Program-made: the position numbers and the translations under genes
The notes under the pieces: model-generated
Database searches by the model: none
What the model was told of the DNA's origin: nothing
Seen by the model: the letters and a program-made list of their open reading frames with translations, nothing else
Shown: piece by piece, positions 10,735 through 18,925 of the stretch
Numbering within the stretch: position 1 is the stretch's first letter
Layout of the letters: every line of letters starts with the position of its first letter
NCBI GenBank assembly: GCA_965279515.1
Contig: CBDIID010000003.1
Span: forward strand, 4,776,724 to 4,840,723
Reading direction: 5' to 3'
Length of the DNA: 64,000 nt
DNA from: Turneriella sp.
Lineage (GTDB): Bacteria; Spirochaetota; Leptospiria; Turneriellales; Turneriellaceae

Positions 10735-11349
10735 ATGCCCGATGTGCTGCATGAATCCAAACTGTATTTCAATTCCCGCCTGGCCGATTGTATGCCATCG
10801 CCGCATCTGCACAGCGAGCAGATCAAGGTTTATAACCAATACATCGCCGTCTTAAACAATTCAACGAGCCCCGAAGATTACCGGCAAAAACTCGGGCCGC
10901 TCGCGAGCATGTTTGCCGTCGCGCGCGCCGAGCAGGTGGATAAATATTTGAACCTGATGCGGCTCTACCAGAAGCTGGGAAATCCCGATAAGCTTAAGGC
11001 CGCGAAACTGCGTTATGACACCGCCGTCGCCGCACAGAACCATGGTGATCTCGTGAACCTCATGAGCACCGCGCAGACGAGCGCTGCTGATATCGAAGCC
11101 GGCGGGCACCAGAAACTGAGCCTGGCTGTGACGCTGATCCAATGCCTGCTTGTATACATGACTGAACCCGAAGCGCCTGACAAAAAGGGCTCGCTCGCAG
11201 GAATTCTGACAACTTACACCGATCTTCTCAAGCTCGACCCGACTTTTAAATGGGAGTCGTATAAAGAAACGCCGTATTCTTATATCGTATTTTTCGATGC
11301 GGAGCGCATGGCGCAGTTAGGCGAGGTCTTCATGGAGGCGACGGCATGA
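10735..11349 (+). CDS. Hypothetical protein
   Basis: Helical ORF with ATG at 10735 downstream of a TTGACG box; no motif recognised. Confidence 0.7.
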   Translation: MPDVLHESKLYFNSRLADCMPSPHLHSEQIKVYNQYIAVLNNSTSPEDYRQKLGPLASMFAVARAEQVDKYLNLMRLYQKLGNPDKLKAAKLRYDTAVAAQNHGDLVNLMSTAQTSAADIEAGGHQKLSLAVTLIQCLLVYMTEPEAPDKKGSLAGILTTYTDLLKLDPTFKWESYKETPYSYIVFFDAERMAQLGEVFMEATA

Positions 11350-11376
11350 GAGCACATCCTGTGCGCCGTCGCCCCG

Positions 11377-12453
11377 GTGCATCCTGCACCACGGGGCGTA
11401 AGGCCTAACATGGACGAAGGCAGCCGCGGCATGCTTGACAGCTACAAGTCGGGCATCGACAACTATGTAAAAAAACTCGGGGCGGATCACCCCAAGATCC
11501 AGGAGCTGTTGGCGTGCTTCAAGGACTTCGAAGCCCTGGGCGAAAAATCCGGCGATTTCGCGGGTTTCCACGCCGCCGCCAGCGCAGAGAATTTTTATGG
11601 CAAACTCACGAACCTGATGACCGAAGCGGCGATGGCGCAGCCTGCGGGCGGCGCTGCAGCCGAACCCACTGCCGCCCAGGCGGCGCAGGGGTACCATGCA
11701 GCCTACGCCGCTATTTTGCCCGAGGTCAAGGCCGGGCCGACCGGTAAGGTCTATGAGCGTATTTTTCAGATCGAGAAAGAGAGCGACAGCGCCTTACAGT
11801 TCATGCGCAGGCTCGCCGAGGAACATTTGCTCGTCGATATCTCGCGCATTCAGCTCATCGCCGAATTTAAGCGCGCCCATGAGCTCATGCGCGATGCTGC
11901 GAAAACTTCGGGCGGCGGTGGTGTTTCGCTGCCGGCGAGCGAAGCTTATTTCAACGCCACGCAAAAGTCGATGTCCGAGGCGAAGAGCATCACCCAGGTC
12001 GAATACCTCATGGTAGCGCGTGCCGAAATCGCCCAACTGGCGACGCTCTGGGATATGGGGTTTTGCAATGCGCTTTACCATCACCTAGCTTCTGAAGTCT
12101 CCGGGTATATGCTCGATACTTCAGAAGAGCAGCGCCAACGTGTGGAGAAAACATACCGCTATGTCGGCGCGTGGTGGGGTGTTGATTGGGACGAGCTCCA
12201 TAAAATCGAGCGCGTCTGGGATTTCTTCACCGTGACGCTGTGGCCGGCACTCAGAAAAGATTGGGAGCCCAAGGGTATTCCCAACGCCGAAGCGATGCGC
12301 GATTACCTGAAGACCTATCTCGACAAGGCGATGAAGGATAAACCCCCGCTTCAGCGCAATAGCCAGAACAAGTTTGCGCTATTTTGGGGCAACAATGTGC
12401 CTCTCGAAAAGGTCCATCAAACCCTGCTGCATCCGCCGGATTTACTTCGGTGA
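11377..12453 (+). CDS. Hypothetical protein
   Basis: 358-aa mostly helical ORF co-oriented with its neighbours; start uncertain (11377 or 11410). Confidence 0.72.
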   Translation: MHPAPRGVRPNMDEGSRGMLDSYKSGIDNYVKKLGADHPKIQELLACFKDFEALGEKSGDFAGFHAAASAENFYGKLTNLMTEAAMAQPAGGAAAEPTAAQAAQGYHAAYAAILPEVKAGPTGKVYERIFQIEKESDSALQFMRRLAEEHLLVDISRIQLIAEFKRAHELMRDAAKTSGGGGVSLPASEAYFNATQKSMSEAKSITQVEYLMVARAEIAQLATLWDMGFCNALYHHLASEVSGYMLDTSEEQRQRVEKTYRYVGAWWGVDWDELHKIERVWDFFTVTLWPALRKDWEPKGIPNAEAMRDYLKTYLDKAMKDKPPLQRNSQNKFALFWGNNVPLEKVHQTLLHPPDLLR

Positions 12454-12491
12454 AGTCCTTGACGGGCGCAATCCAAGGTGGACTTTGCAGC

Positions 12492-13013
12492 ATGAAGTTA
12501 CGCGACCTGATTATTCCCGTCGGCCTCATTTTGGCCGTAGCGGCGACCCGGCTGATTCCCCACCCACCGAATTTTACCCCGGTGATGAGCGTCGCGCTTT
12601 TCGGTTCTGCGGTACTCGCGAACCGCTACCTCGGTATTGCCGTTGCCATCGCTGCGATGGCAATTTCAAATCTCATTTTGGGCGGGCATTCGACCTGGAC
12701 CTTTGTCTATGGCGCTATGATCCTCACTGGCATTCTCGGTTTTACGCTGCGTGAAAAACGCTCTATCCCGCGTATTCTGGTCGTCACCCTCACAGGCAGC
12801 ATCGTGTTTTTCCTGATTTCAAACCTGGGTGTTTTTATCATGCAAGACCTGTATCCGAAAACAGCTTCCGGCCTCGTTGCCTGTTATACCATGGCTTTGC
12901 CGTTTTTCAAGAATACGTTAGCGGGGGATTTCCTCTTTACCGGCGTCCTGTTTTCGCTGCACTACCTGCTCACGCGCCGCTCTGAACAGAACCGCCTCGC
13001 CAACGCGGCTTGA
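12492..13013 (+). CDS. DUF6580-family putative transport protein (ECF S-component-like)
   Basis: RLIPHPPNFTPV N-terminal motif, FFLISN, GL.ACY.MALPFF.NT; multi-TM; GGTGG RBS upstream of ATG 12492. Confidence 0.8.
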   Translation: MKLRDLIIPVGLILAVAATRLIPHPPNFTPVMSVALFGSAVLANRYLGIAVAIAAMAISNLILGGHSTWTFVYGAMILTGILGFTLREKRSIPRILVVTLTGSIVFFLISNLGVFIMQDLYPKTASGLVACYTMALPFFKNTLAGDFLFTGVLFSLHYLLTRRSEQNRLANAA

Positions 13014-14050
13014 TCCCGGTCCGCCGAGCGCTCACTTTTATTTTAGCGCAGCAACGCGCTAAAACCGCGCTACCTATTGCCATACGCAGCGAGAAAATTG
13101 CCGTCGGCAAGAAAACGCATAACGCCGATATCTACACACCTGCAAAGGCAGAACTCAATCCCATCATCTTTCTGCACGGCATGTCGCCGCTGGGTATTGC
13201 CGACCCCCGGCAGGTGATTGCGGTACGCGCGCTCGCGGCCACAGGGTTTACCGTCATCTGTCCTGAACTGCCTGAGATCCAGGACCTGAAAATTACCGCC
13301 ACGAGTATCGACTCCTTCGCGAAGGTTGTGGCGGCCATTCTCGCCGATAAGAGACTTTGCCCGCAGGGCAGGGCGGCATTGTTTGCCCCGTCGTTTTCCG
13401 GGGCGATCTGCCTCAAGGTTGCATCCCTGGCAAATATCAGCGAGCGTATTTCCTCGGTCTGCGCCCTGGGGTCGCTTGCCCATGTGCGTGACAGCATGGA
13501 ATATCTCTTTCTTTCCGATGACGCCGATACCTATGCGCGATATATCGTGCTCTCCAACTATTTGCCGCTCGTCAAAAAATACCAGCCGCTTGCACCGGTC
13601 TTCGACGCCCTCGCGCGCGATAACTGGAACCAGAGCGCGGCGAGAAATCCCCGCCTCACGGGTTATACCCCGACAGACAATGCGGCGAAAGCGCTCAAAA
13701 AGCTCACCCCAAAAAACCGCGCCCGCGCGCAGGCACTGAAAGACGATGTGGCCTACCGCAGGGAAGTCTTTGCGGAGCTCACACCCTACATGGAAACAGA
13801 ACTTCAGGCCTATGATATCGTCGCGGTCGCAGAAAATATTCTCGCGCCGACCTTGCTCATGCATGGTTTATCTGACAATGTCATTCCGGCCCAGGAGTCA
13901 ATGGGCCTTGCGCCGCACCTCAAGCGCGTGCGCCTCGTCGTCTCGCCGTTTTTGGGCCATGCCGATACCGCTGTCTCACTAAGACTGATCGGCGACGTCT
14001 GGCGGCTCATTTCAGGCTTCGCGTATTTCTTCAGGCACGCCGCACGTTGA
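13010..14050 (+). CDS. Alpha/beta hydrolase
   Basis: FLHG, APSFSG elbow variant, MHG.SDNVIP, GH motif; TTG start overlapping the upstream stop. Confidence 0.7.
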   Translation: MIPVRRALTFILAQQRAKTALPIAIRSEKIAVGKKTHNADIYTPAKAELNPIIFLHGMSPLGIADPRQVIAVRALAATGFTVICPELPEIQDLKITATSIDSFAKVVAAILADKRLCPQGRAALFAPSFSGAICLKVASLANISERISSVCALGSLAHVRDSMEYLFLSDDADTYARYIVLSNYLPLVKKYQPLAPVFDALARDNWNQSAARNPRLTGYTPTDNAAKALKKLTPKNRARAQALKDDVAYRREVFAELTPYMETELQAYDIVAVAENILAPTLLMHGLSDNVIPAQESMGLAPHLKRVRLVVSPFLGHADTAVSLRLIGDVWRLISGFAYFFRHAAR

Positions 14051-15468
14051 TCGCCTCCCTCGAACATGTCACGGTGGCGCGGGGTGGAAAGCCCGTGCTC
14101 AGCGATATCAGCTTTAGCCTGAATGCGGGCGACCGGGTTTTTATCGGCGGTGAAAACGGCGCGGGTAAAAGTTCACTCCTGCTGCTGCTTGCGGGCCGGC
14201 TGCACCCCTATAATAACGCCGGCACGCGGCGCTATGCGTGGGATGGCCTGCAGGGCGAAGATTTTCGCCAGAGCCGCAAACATATTGCCCTCGTGAGCCG
14301 CGAAGAGCAGAACCGTTTGCTGGGCATACACAGGCACAGCAGCGTGCGCGAATTTCTCACCGGCCACCTCGAAGGGCAGGATTTCCTCTACCGCGACAGC
14401 TTGCCCACCGATGACGAGCGCATGGGGCGCCTGATCGAAAAATTTGGTCTCACGCATCTCGCTGAGCGGCACCTTAAAACTCTGTCATTAGGCGAGATGC
14501 GGCTCTGCCTCATCGCCCGCGCCGACCTGTTCGCACGCAAACTTTATCTGTTAGACGAAGTGTTCAGCAGCCTTTCAGCCGCCGTCGCCGGGCGCGTGGC
14601 CGAGTGGATCACACGTCTGCCCCCCGAGGCTGCCGTTGTGCTTACGGGCCATGACGCGGATCGTATGGCTGATTTTTCATATACCGGGCGGTATATGGTT
14701 CGGGATGGGCAAATTTTCAGATCGGAAGCCGAAAAACCGGCATCAAAAAAGGCATCTTCCACTACCACTGTTGCATCCCACATAGTTAATGAAAGTGTGC
14801 TGATTGAATGTAAAGACGCCGATTTCTACCACGATTTTACCCGAATTTTTGCCAAACTGTCGTTTGGGTTACATACGGGTGACCGCGTGCTTCTCACCGG
14901 CCCCAACGGTTCGGGGAAGACAACGCTGCTGCGCATCATGCACGGGGACTTCTACCCGGCCTGGCAGCAGGGGTCGCTGACCTTTCTGGGCACACTGGCA
15001 CACGAACAAAAGGCAGAGCTCTGGGCCAGGGCGCAGTTCATGGCCGCGGCACACTTTACCTATTATCCCGCAGGCATGACAGTCAGGGAAGTGTTGGCAT
15101 CGCGTTATTCGGGCTCGATCTATAGTTACGACGAAACATTGCCCGTCGAAGCGAATGGCGTGCTGGAAAGTTTTAACCTCGCCGCTTTTCTCTCTCGTCG
15201 TTTTGCGGACCTTTCCGAAGGTGAAAAGACGCGCGTGCTGATTGCCCGGGCATTCCTGAAAGCAGCGCCGCTCTATCTCATCGATGAGGGGTTCATTGCG
15301 CTCAGCGAACGTTATTTTGCTGCGGCTGTTGGGTATCTGAACACGCTACGCGCAGAGGCGACGATTGTCATCGCCGCGAACGAACGGGTAGGCGAGTTAA
15401 AGCGGCAGCTCAGCTTTTCGCTGGCAGAGTGGCGGCTTGGGTCCGGTCGCTTAACCACGCATCTTTAG
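14047..15468 (+). CDS. ABC ATP-binding protein with two NBDs (ModF-like)
   Basis: Walker A GENGAGKS and GPNGSGKT; signatures LSLGE and LSEGE; Walker B LLDE and LIDE. Confidence 0.85.
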   Translation: MIASLEHVTVARGGKPVLSDISFSLNAGDRVFIGGENGAGKSSLLLLLAGRLHPYNNAGTRRYAWDGLQGEDFRQSRKHIALVSREEQNRLLGIHRHSSVREFLTGHLEGQDFLYRDSLPTDDERMGRLIEKFGLTHLAERHLKTLSLGEMRLCLIARADLFARKLYLLDEVFSSLSAAVAGRVAEWITRLPPEAAVVLTGHDADRMADFSYTGRYMVRDGQIFRSEAEKPASKKASSTTTVASHIVNESVLIECKDADFYHDFTRIFAKLSFGLHTGDRVLLTGPNGSGKTTLLRIMHGDFYPAWQQGSLTFLGTLAHEQKAELWARAQFMAAAHFTYYPAGMTVREVLASRYSGSIYSYDETLPVEANGVLESFNLAAFLSRRFADLSEGEKTRVLIARAFLKAAPLYLIDEGFIALSERYFAAAVGYLNTLRAEATIVIAANERVGELKRQLSFSLAEWRLGSGRLTTHL

Positions 15469-17095
15469 AGCGCTTCGAGTATACATAACGTTCGAGCTTG
15501 GCTTCTTTGATGCCGGCAATCTTCAGGAAAATAAAACCATCCAAACTGTCGTTGAAATCTTTGTCGATGCCGAAGTCAAAGAAGTTCACGCCGCCTTCAT
15601 CGCAGAGCTCGGTGTATTGTTTGTAGAGCGTCGGTACTGCATAACCATAGTGTTTGAGGTTCTGTTTGAGTTCTTTAAAGGCCTGCTTGTAATCGGCACT
15701 CTGCAAAACATTGGCAATCTTCGCTTCGGCACCTTTATGGAAGCTGAAGCGGTGTTTGGCCCTGACCGGGGAATTTTCGGCGCCGAACCACTTACGGTAG
15801 AAGTACACCAGGAGCTCGCGCGCTTCGGCGGAATACGACGCGCTGACCGATACCGGCCCGAAGAGGTAGTTGTATTGCGGTCGCGCGGCAAGAAAAGCGC
15901 CAATGCCGTGCCAGAGATAGTCGAGCGCCTGGCTGTTCCAGTAGGCGGGCTGCACAAAACTGCGGCCGAGCTCGAGCGCCTCGGGCAGATATTTTTCAAA
16001 TTCTTCTGTATAACGGAACAGCGTTGAGGTATAAAATCCAGAAGTGCCGCGTTTTGCATAAACCTCGTCACCTGCCGCGAGGCGGTAGGCGCCGACGACT
16101 TCCAGCGCCTTCGGGTCCCAGAGCACGATGTGCAGATAATAGGCGTCGAATTCATCGAGATCGATCTTGCGCCCGGTGCCTTCGCCGACTTTGCGGAATG
16201 TCAGTTCGCGCAGGCGACCGATTTCGCGCATGAGTGCGGGGGCCGCCTCAAAGCGCACGAGCAGGATTTTAATCTTATCGTCGGTCTCGCCCAAAACCTC
16301 GGCGGCGTTGATGTCGTTGAGAATAAGCTTTTTGTCGGTCGGATGCACTATGTTCTTAGTCGTTTTAAACGTCCCAGCCTTACCACGGCCGATGAGATAA
16401 ACGTGTTTTCTGAGGAGTTTCGCCGCCGCGCCCGATTTGATGCCTTTCAACGATTCGGGCAGAATCGGATGAGAAATGCTGATGTTGATCGCGCGGTGGC
16501 GCTGGCTGATGAGCTCAGAGTCGAGAGCGATATCGCTGTAGAGGCCGGCGACGGCCGTCCAGAAATAGTGTGAGAGCCGGTTTTTTGCGGCGACAAAGAT
16601 CGGCAGCAGGGGGACATCCCAATGTGTCGCCATCTGCACGACGGACTTATGCCATTCACCATCGGTGATCTGGCTAATACCCCAGTGGCGGGTTTTAGCG
16701 GGGAATACGATGACGGCTTTTTCAGCCAAGAGCGCGCGGTGGATGTTGCGCACCACGCCAAAACTATTGTTGCGGTCGTTGCGGATCACTTGCGCGTCTG
16801 CCGGCAGATATTCGGTGAGGTTGTCGGCGACGATGACGACGTCTTTGCGGATTTCGGCGACGACGGTGTAGAGTACGATGAGGTCGACGAAGGCGAGGGG
16901 ATGGTTCGCCGCGATGATCAGTCGCCCCTGCGCGGGGATGCGCTCGCGGTCGCGCAGGCTCAAAACGATTTTTAGATCGATTTCATCGCGGATTTGCTCA
17001 GCGATCGTTGCGAAATCGCTTTTCTCGCCTTTGATGCGGCTACTCCGGAGCTTTTGGAAGGCTTCCGAGTAGATGAGTTTTTGCAGTTTTATCAT
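15410..17095 (-). CDS. Bifunctional acyltransferase (PlsC-type N-domain + GNAT C-domain), OlsF-like / putative hemolysin
   Basis: ANHP..FVD and VFP acyltransferase motifs; EIGRLRELTFRKVGEGTG..DLDEFD, VGAYRL, LELGRSFV, LWHGIG, LFGPVS. Confidence 0.85.
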   Translation of the reverse strand: MIKLQKLIYSEAFQKLRSSRIKGEKSDFATIAEQIRDEIDLKIVLSLRDRERIPAQGRLIIAANHPLAFVDLIVLYTVVAEIRKDVVIVADNLTEYLPADAQVIRNDRNNSFGVVRNIHRALLAEKAVIVFPAKTRHWGISQITDGEWHKSVVQMATHWDVPLLPIFVAAKNRLSHYFWTAVAGLYSDIALDSELISQRHRAINISISHPILPESLKGIKSGAAAKLLRKHVYLIGRGKAGTFKTTKNIVHPTDKKLILNDINAAEVLGETDDKIKILLVRFEAAPALMREIGRLRELTFRKVGEGTGRKIDLDEFDAYYLHIVLWDPKALEVVGAYRLAAGDEVYAKRGTSGFYTSTLFRYTEEFEKYLPEALELGRSFVQPAYWNSQALDYLWHGIGAFLAARPQYNYLFGPVSVSASYSAEARELLVYFYRKWFGAENSPVRAKHRFSFHKGAEAKIANVLQSADYKQAFKELKQNLKHYGYAVPTLYKQYTELCDEGGVNFFDFGIDKDFNDSLDGFIFLKIAGIKEAKLERYVYSKRSKDAWLSDRTQAATLPAKS

Positions 17096-17101
17096 AATTC
17101 T

Positions 17102-17125
17102 ATATTTAGTCAATTGACTAAATAT
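17102..17125. promoter_or_regulatory. Perfect 24-bp palindrome, probable operator
   Basis: ATATTTAGTCAATTGACTAAATAT is its own reverse complement; 6 bp from the olsF-like ATG. Confidence 0.7.
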
Positions 17126-17235
17126 GGTCAAGGGGTCAAGCTGAAATGGCGCCTTACACTGGGGATGCCGGCGTATTTCAAGGCGGGAGTGAGAAAATTG
17201 CCCAGTTTTCTGGTATTTCATAGGTAGAGGCTTTT

Positions 17236-17796
17236 ATGAAAAACATCACTCCCCAACACTGTCACAAGACATCTGTTTCGTTGCCGCATATGTCCTACCG
17301 CAGGCTCAGCGCGGCGCGCAAAATTTTTGCCCGCAATGGCATCGTCTATTCCGATCAGGAAATCTACCGCCGTCTGTTTAAGCACTATCTCAAAAATTGG
17401 CGCGGGCGCGGCCGCAAAACCAACGGTTTGCGTCGCTACAACGCCGATGGCAAATTGTATGAGATTCACCCTCTCTATATTAACCAGGTCTTATATGCCT
17501 TGCTGTGGCAACGCGCATTGCACTCCGGTGAATCCGTGTCGCGTATGTTAGATGTAGCGATTCGTGTATATCTGCCGCGCCTATTGGAAGAATTGTTGTG
17601 CCAATCATCGCCAGGCATGAAGCTCACCCGTAATGCGACCTATTGGGATCTACGATATGCGCGTCGGATTCATCAATACGCCGACTTCTTCATTAACTAC
17701 CGATGCAAAACAGAGAAAAATGATGCAGCAGGACTCGAATATTCACAAAGTGCAAAAATTTTCTTCAAAGCAGATATCTTGAGGGTAAGAATATAG
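17236..17796 (+). CDS. Basic hypothetical protein (possibly DUF1564-like)
   Basis: GAGG RBS; Arg/Lys-rich, ...SVSRMLDVAIR helix; family call is tentative. Confidence 0.6.
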   Translation: MKNITPQHCHKTSVSLPHMSYRRLSAARKIFARNGIVYSDQEIYRRLFKHYLKNWRGRGRKTNGLRRYNADGKLYEIHPLYINQVLYALLWQRALHSGESVSRMLDVAIRVYLPRLLEELLCQSSPGMKLTRNATYWDLRYARRIHQYADFFINYRCKTEKNDAAGLEYSQSAKIFFKADILRVRI

Positions 17797-17799
17797 CAT

Positions 17800-18798
17800 T
17801 TATAAGCGAATAGACTTCAAGAATTCACGCCGCGGCGCGCGTTTGGCGTAAAGATGAACGAAATCCCACAGCAAGGCCCGGTGCGCCTTGAGATAGGCCT
17901 TGCGGCTTTCGCGCGGCGGGTTAAATATCGCCTCGCGGTTAAAAAGCCGGCGCGGGCTTTTGCGGATTTCTTGCCAGGTGCCGACCTCGAGCGTGAAGGG
18001 CAAAAACAGCGATTTTTTATTCTGCTGTGTGCGTTCGAATTCGATGAGCGCCGCGTCCCAGAGATCGCCGTGGGTTTGGTAACTCAGCGCCATGGGCTCG
18101 ATGCGGTAGAGCCCATGATTCGAGCGAAGGCGTGCGGCTATTTTAAGAAAAGCCTGTTCCTGGAACACCGCCTTTTTGCTGTACGAGTATGGCCACCAGA
18201 AAAAATTCTCAGAACCATAACCCGAGTGGATGTCCAGGGCGAGGTGCACCTTTTTGCGCCGGCGGAGAAACTCCTGGTGCAGAAAACGGAAGAGCGCGCG
18301 TGTCTCGCGTTCCTTGGTATGCCCGCGGAAATAGGGCAGCGCGCCAGTGAGTTTGTGCCCGCCAAAAAAGGGGAGCGCCCTTTCAGCCTCGACGCCCGAA
18401 TTGCGGTTGAGGTCAATCCCCCTTGCGTTGGAACGCGTGACGCCGGCTACACCCGCCGGGTTGAGAATCGGTATCGAGTAGATGCCGAATTTGCCTGCCA
18501 GCAGGTCAGGCGAATAATGGCGTCCCTTGACATCAATCAGCCGGCTTAAGATGTCGAGATGTATGCGGATGCCGATGGTTTCGAGGCCATGGACGCCCGA
18601 GACGATGAGCGGCGCGTGTTTTTTGAACGCCGACTTTTTGCCGATTTCGAGCAGGTAGACCGGCCAGCGCTGGCCGTTTTTGGAAGGCGATGAATAGTCC
18701 ATCTGGCGGATACGAATGAGCCCGTCGGATTTTTTCACGAGGCGAAAAATGCGCCGTTGCCAGCGCTCGAAGCGCAGGATTTCATCCGTGGTTTTCAT
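17800..18798 (-). CDS. M14 zinc carboxypeptidase-family protein (DUF2817-like)
   Basis: GVHGLE (HxxE), RSNARGIDLNRN, LDIHSG, FTLE. Confidence 0.85.
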   Translation of the reverse strand: MKTTDEILRFERWQRRIFRLVKKSDGLIRIRQMDYSSPSKNGQRWPVYLLEIGKKSAFKKHAPLIVSGVHGLETIGIRIHLDILSRLIDVKGRHYSPDLLAGKFGIYSIPILNPAGVAGVTRSNARGIDLNRNSGVEAERALPFFGGHKLTGALPYFRGHTKERETRALFRFLHQEFLRRRKKVHLALDIHSGYGSENFFWWPYSYSKKAVFQEQAFLKIAARLRSNHGLYRIEPMALSYQTHGDLWDAALIEFERTQQNKKSLFLPFTLEVGTWQEIRKSPRRLFNREAIFNPPRESRKAYLKAHRALLWDFVHLYAKRAPRREFLKSIRL

Positions 18799-18925
18799 AC
18801 CCGACCGGAGAAAACGGTGGCGGTGACACTTCGTCAATTAACGAAATATTGTGGATGAGATGTCCCGGAGTCGATAATATAGCAGGTGGGCAGGCTGTGT
18901 CGGTTTCTGTAAGCAGCAAGTAACG

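Noticed and set aside
12454..12491. Riboswitch ahead of the DUF6580 transporter
   Set aside because: The 38-bp gap is too short and no conserved aptamer motif is seen
9845..15468. Prophage or genomic island integrated at tRNA-Asp
   Set aside because: No integrase or phage genes, no distal att repeat seen, and composition looks like the backbone
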